Shown: positions 60,301 to 64,000 of the stretch, one piece after another
How the letters are laid out: every line of letters starts with the position of its first letter
Numbering within the stretch: the first letter of the stretch is position 1
NCBI GenBank assembly: GCA_963771355.1
Contig: CAVYTA010000004.1
Location: forward strand, 96,001 to 160,000
Direction of reading: 5' to 3'
DNA length: 64,000 nucleotides
Source: an uncultured Candidatus Rokubacteria bacterium
Lineage (GTDB): Bacteria > Methylomirabilota > Methylomirabilia > Rokubacteriales > CSP1-6
Position numbers and translations under genes: made by a program
Notes under the pieces: generated by a model
Databases searched by the model: none
The model's input: the letters and a program-made list of their open reading frames with translations, nothing else
What the model was told of the DNA's origin: nothing

Positions 60301-60690
60301 TCAGGGCCGGACGATGAGGTCGATCTCCACCGCGCCGCCCAGGGCGAGGCCGGTCACTCCTACCGTGGTCCGGGCAGGCAGCCGGCCGGGGGCGAAGTGG
60401 CGGGCATACTCCGCGTTCATGACCGCGTAGTTGCCGAAATCCGTGAGATACACACGCGCCATCACCGTCCGGTCAAGGCTGGTGCCCGCTCCACGGAGCA
60501 CGGTCTGGAGGTTCTGCATCACCTGGCGGGTCTGGGCCACGATGCCCCCGGCGACCAGCTGGTTGGTGAGGGGGTCCACCCCGAGCTGACCGGTGACGAA
60601 GAGGAAGTCTCCCGCGCGGACGGCATGGCTGTAGGCGGCAGTGGGGGGCGGGGGCGGGGCGCCCGCCGCCATCAGAAACTCGAGATCCAT
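60301..60690 (-). CDS. RidA/YjgF family protein
   Basis: YSHAV, FVTGQ, MNAEY, PARTTVGV, VEID. Confidence 0.92.
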   Translation of the reverse strand: MDLEFLMAAGAPPPPPTAAYSHAVRAGDFLFVTGQLGVDPLTNQLVAGGIVAQTRQVMQNLQTVLRGAGTSLDRTVMARVYLTDFGNYAVMNAEYARHFAPGRLPARTTVGVTGLALGGAVEIDLIVRP

Positions 60691-60869
60691 CGCGCTCCTC
60701 CTCGAGCGCGAAGTGTAGCAGGACACCGAGATCAACGCGCGGCGCCAGGCACTATGGCGCTGGGCGGGCCGGTGGTCTATCTTGACCTGGAAGCGAAGCG
60801 GGCGCTTGCCTCGACCGTAGGCAGCATCCCGCGGTCCTGAGAGCTCGGTAAGACGCGGGGGAGACAGGC

Positions 60870-61847
60870 GTGGATCAGCGCGAGGAGAAGGAGCAGCTGA
60901 CGGCGGCGGATCAGCGCGAGCACGAGCGGCTGCGAGACCGGCTGGAGCTCTTCCGCCAGCTCGTCGAGAACAGTCAGGGCCTGGTCTGCAGCCACGACCT
61001 GAAGGGCAATCTCCTCTACGTGAGCCCGGCGTCCGCGTGGGAGCTCGGGTATGCCCCGGAGGACGGGGTGGGCCGGAACCTCCGGGAGTTCCTCGCCCCC
61101 TCGGTGCGCCCGTTCTTCGACGGCTATCTGGCGCGCATCCTCGAAAAGGAGGCGGACCGCGGCCTCCTCCGCCTGGTGAGCCGCGACGGCCAGGAGCGGC
61201 TCTGGGCCTATCGCAACGCGCTCTTCCGCCTTCCCGGGCGCGAGCCTTACGTGATCGGCCATGCGGTGGACATCACCGAGCGCGCTCACGTGGAGTCGCT
61301 GCTGCGAGACAGCGAGGAGCGTTATCGCACCGTGATCGAGGGCCTCGAGGAAGGGGTGCTCTTCAAGAGCGCGGCGGGCGCCATCTCGGGCTGGAACCCC
61401 AGCGCGCGGCGCATTCTCGGCCCCGCCGTCGAGCGCCTGGGCGCTGACGCCGTCAAGGAAGACGGCTCGCCCTTCCCGCCCGAGGAGCAGCCCGACGCGC
61501 TCGCCCTCCGCAGCGGCCTGCCCTCACCGCGCGTGGTCATGGGCGTCCGCCGTGAGTTCGGCCAGCTCAGCTGGATCTCGGTGCGGGCACATCCGCTGAT
61601 CCGCTCGGGCGACACCGCGCCCCACGGCGTGGTCATGTCCTTCGTGGATATCACCGAGCGCCGCCGCGGCCGGACGCTGAGCGGCACCATCTCCATCTGT
61701 GCGTCCTGCAAGAAGATCCGCGACGCGGAAGGCACCTGGTGGCCGGTGGAAATCTATGTCCGCGACCATTCGGAAGCGGAATTCAGCCACGGCCTCTGCG
61801 TGGAATGCGCGCGGCATCTGCGCCAGCAGTTCCGCCTGATGGACTAG
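60870..61847 (+). CDS. Tandem-PAS protein with a C-terminal Cys-motif domain
   Basis: Two PAS/PAC units ending DITER; CASCKKIRD..SHGLCVEC. Confidence 0.88.
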   Translation: MDQREEKEQLTAADQREHERLRDRLELFRQLVENSQGLVCSHDLKGNLLYVSPASAWELGYAPEDGVGRNLREFLAPSVRPFFDGYLARILEKEADRGLLRLVSRDGQERLWAYRNALFRLPGREPYVIGHAVDITERAHVESLLRDSEERYRTVIEGLEEGVLFKSAAGAISGWNPSARRILGPAVERLGADAVKEDGSPFPPEEQPDALALRSGLPSPRVVMGVRREFGQLSWISVRAHPLIRSGDTAPHGVVMSFVDITERRRGRTLSGTISICASCKKIRDAEGTWWPVEIYVRDHSEAEFSHGLCVECARHLRQQFRLMD

Positions 61848-61870
61848 CCCCGCGCCCGCGCGGGGCTAGT
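61843..61870. terminator. 12-bp hairpin spanning both stop codons of convergent genes
   Basis: ACTAGCCCCGCG-cccg-CGCGGGGCTAGT. Confidence 0.45.
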
Positions 61871-62801
61871 CTTCCACCGCGTGCACGACCACCTGTGCCC
61901 GAAGGCCCTGCACGGTGGGAGGATCCACCACCCCCGGCCCCGGCGTGAGGGTGTTCGCCGCGCCCGCCGCGACGCCCAGCGCCAGCGCGTCCGCCGGCGA
62001 CTCGCCCTTGGCGATGGCCGCCACGTAGCCGCCGAGTAGCGCATCACCGCTGCCCACCGTGCTGAGCGCGCGGACCGCGGGCGAGGCGGCGAACCAGGCG
62101 CGGCCGGCGCCGCTGAGCAGCGCGCCCCGCGGGCCCAGCTTGACGACCACCGTGGTGCCGCCGCCGGCTTCCCGAGCCCGACCGGCGAGGGTGCGGAGCG
62201 CATCGGTGCGGCAGCCCGTCCATTCGATGAACTCCTCCTCGTTGGGGGCCACCAGCTCCGGCTTCTCGGCGACCCCGGCGCGCAGGGCGTCGCCCTCCGC
62301 GTCGAGGAAGACGCGGGCGCCGGCGGCACGTGCCGCACTCACCAGCCGGCCGTAGAGCGAAGCGACGAGGCCGGGGCGCAGGCTGCCCGCCACCACCACC
62401 AGGTCCGTCGGGTGAACCCGGTCGGACAGATGTGCGACCAGCTGGTCGGCGGCATCGGCGGTCACCGGGTCCCCGGGCTCGAGCAGCCGCGTCTCGGAGG
62501 CGCCGGTGGGATCGGCGATGAGCACGTTCTCCCGCGACTCGCCCGGCACCTCGACGAAATCGGTGGTGATGCCGCGGTCGGCGAGATCACGCCGGATCCA
62601 TGCGCCCGTGCGTCCGCCCACGAAGCCCGTGCATACCACGTCCTCGACCCCGAGGAGTCGGGCAGTCTTGGCCACGTTGAGCGGCTTGCCGCCCGCCACC
62701 GCCAGCGCGCGTCCGACCCGGTACTCGGCGGAGGCGCGGAAGCCGGGCACGACATAGGTCTTGTCGATCGCCGCGTTGACCGCGACGCACCAGAGTCGCA
62801 T
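61866..62801 (-). CDS. 1-phosphofructokinase family (PfkB) hexose kinase
   Basis: NAAIDK, GGKPLNVA, GSL.PG, PNEEE, TVGSGD. Confidence 0.9.
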   Translation of the reverse strand: MRLWCVAVNAAIDKTYVVPGFRASAEYRVGRALAVAGGKPLNVAKTARLLGVEDVVCTGFVGGRTGAWIRRDLADRGITTDFVEVPGESRENVLIADPTGASETRLLEPGDPVTADAADQLVAHLSDRVHPTDLVVVAGSLRPGLVASLYGRLVSAARAAGARVFLDAEGDALRAGVAEKPELVAPNEEEFIEWTGCRTDALRTLAGRAREAGGGTTVVVKLGPRGALLSGAGRAWFAASPAVRALSTVGSGDALLGGYVAAIAKGESPADALALGVAAGAANTLTPGPGVVDPPTVQGLRAQVVVHAVED

Positions 62802-63838
62802 CAGGCGGGAGAGATCACGACCTTCGCCGCGTCCTCGTGGTAGTCGGCGAGCGCCTGGAAGGCTCGCGGCCCCGCCTCCAGCGGGACCCGATGAGAGACG
62901 AAGGACTCGAGGTCCACCATGCCGTGAGCGGCGAGCGCGATGGTGCGGGCATAGACGGGCTTCATCCGGCGGGAGATCTTGAGGGTGAGGCCCTTGCGGC
63001 GGGCCGGTGCGGCGGTGAACGCGGTCCGGTTGTCGGCGCAGATGCCCACCACCACCACCGTCCCCAGCGCGGCGGCGAGCTGCGCCGCCTGGTCCGGGGT
63101 CTCGGGCGCGCCCGCAGCCTCGAAGACGACGTCCGCGCCGCGTCCGCCGGTGGCGTCGAGCATCGCCGCCACCGGATCCTCGCGGGCGGCATTGAACGTG
63201 GCGGTGGCCCCCGCGGTCTTGGCCAGGCGCAGCCGGTAGTCGTGGAGATCGGTGGCGAGCACCGCCTGGGCGCCGGCGAGGCGCGCGAGCTGGACGAGGA
63301 GGAGGCCGATGGGCCCGCAACCGAGCACCGCGACGATCGCGGCGATGCGCGGCGCCGCCAGGTCCACCGCGTGCAGGGCCACGCCGAGGGGCTCGAGCAG
63401 CGCCCCCGCCGCGTCGCTCACGCCCGAGGGCAGGGGGTGGAGGAGATGCGCGGGATGGACCAGCCGCTCGCGCAACGCGCCGGCCACCCCCGGCGAGCCC
63501 ACGAAGCGAACACGCGGGCACACGTGGGGATGGCCGTCCACGCAGAGCTCGCACGCGCCGCAGGCGATGGCGGGATCGACGGCCACGCGGTCGCCCGCGC
63601 GCACCCGGACCACCCCCGGGCCCACCGCCTCCACCACCCCGGCGAACTCGTGGCCCATCACGAAGCCGCGCTCGAGGGAGTCCGGCCCGCCGGTCTCGCC
63701 CCGGTAGTAATGGAGGTCGGTGCCGCAGATGCCCACCGCGGTGACGCGCACGAGCGCCTCGCCCGGCCCGGGCTCGCGCACGTCGGGCACGGACGTCAGC
63801 TCGAGCGTGCGCGGCCCCATCAGGCCGAGGGCCTTCAC
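62801..63838 (-). CDS. Zinc-dependent alcohol/polyol dehydrogenase
   Basis: GICGTD, GHEFAG, C..C..C.......C, GCGPIG. Confidence 0.92.
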   Translation of the reverse strand: MKALGLMGPRTLELTSVPDVREPGPGEALVRVTAVGICGTDLHYYRGETGGPDSLERGFVMGHEFAGVVEAVGPGVVRVRAGDRVAVDPAIACGACELCVDGHPHVCPRVRFVGSPGVAGALRERLVHPAHLLHPLPSGVSDAAGALLEPLGVALHAVDLAAPRIAAIVAVLGCGPIGLLLVQLARLAGAQAVLATDLHDYRLRLAKTAGATATFNAAREDPVAAMLDATGGRGADVVFEAAGAPETPDQAAQLAAALGTVVVVGICADNRTAFTAAPARRKGLTLKISRRMKPVYARTIALAAHGMVDLESFVSHRVPLEAGPRAFQALADYHEDAAKVVISPA

Positions 63839-63842
63839 GCGC

Positions 63843-64000
63843 TCACCCGCGGCCGGCGGCCAGCGGCGGCGGGCCGAGGCGATCGCGCGGGTGCCCGGCC
63901 ATGGTGAGCAGCGTGTCCACGAGGTCGCCCAGCGCGGAGACGGCGTCGGCGTCGGCCAGGCGGCCGTCCTTGAAGTGGGCAGACTCGAGATAGACGCTGG
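63843..64000 (-). CDS. 3' end of a gene running off the window (possibly an NADPH-dependent FMN reductase)
   Basis: Open frame SVYLESAHFKDGRLAD..AGRG* directly upstream of the dehydrogenase. Confidence 0.45.
   Translation of the reverse strand, partial: SVYLESAHFKDGRLADADAVSALGDLVDTLLTMAGHPRDRLGPPPLAAGRG

Overview
High-GC bacterial chromosome segment. The gene repertoire suggests a Rokubacteria/Methylomirabilota-like organism (inference, no search run). It is a mosaic of housekeeping and accessory genes: rlpA, a sugar ABC transporter, a short Rho, asd, beta-carbonic anhydrase, a TreS-like enzyme, htpX, tRNA-Ala(GGC), tRNA-Leu(CAA), type IV minor pilins, two-component genes, a heavily frameshifted peptide ABC operon, acyl-CoA dehydrogenases and ppc. 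No integrase, transposase or CRISPR array was seen. Most notable: (1) a SARP/BTAD-AAA-TPR regulator divergent from an 11-bp-period direct repeat, a 67-aa ORF and a translationally coupled secreted beta-propeller/RTX protein; (2) a Rho lacking the whole primary RNA-binding domain; (3) a HEAT-like/HD-GYP gene pair sharing an unnamed N-terminal domain; (4) three sigma54-type promoters (pilins, a 55-aa membrane peptide missing from the ORF track, an SPFH/zinc-ribbon operon); (5) a triplet of twin-Arg exported paralogs; (6) a catalytically degenerate trypsin-like protein; (7) a 20-aa Lys-rich micro-ORF. All family assignments are from motif recognition by eye.
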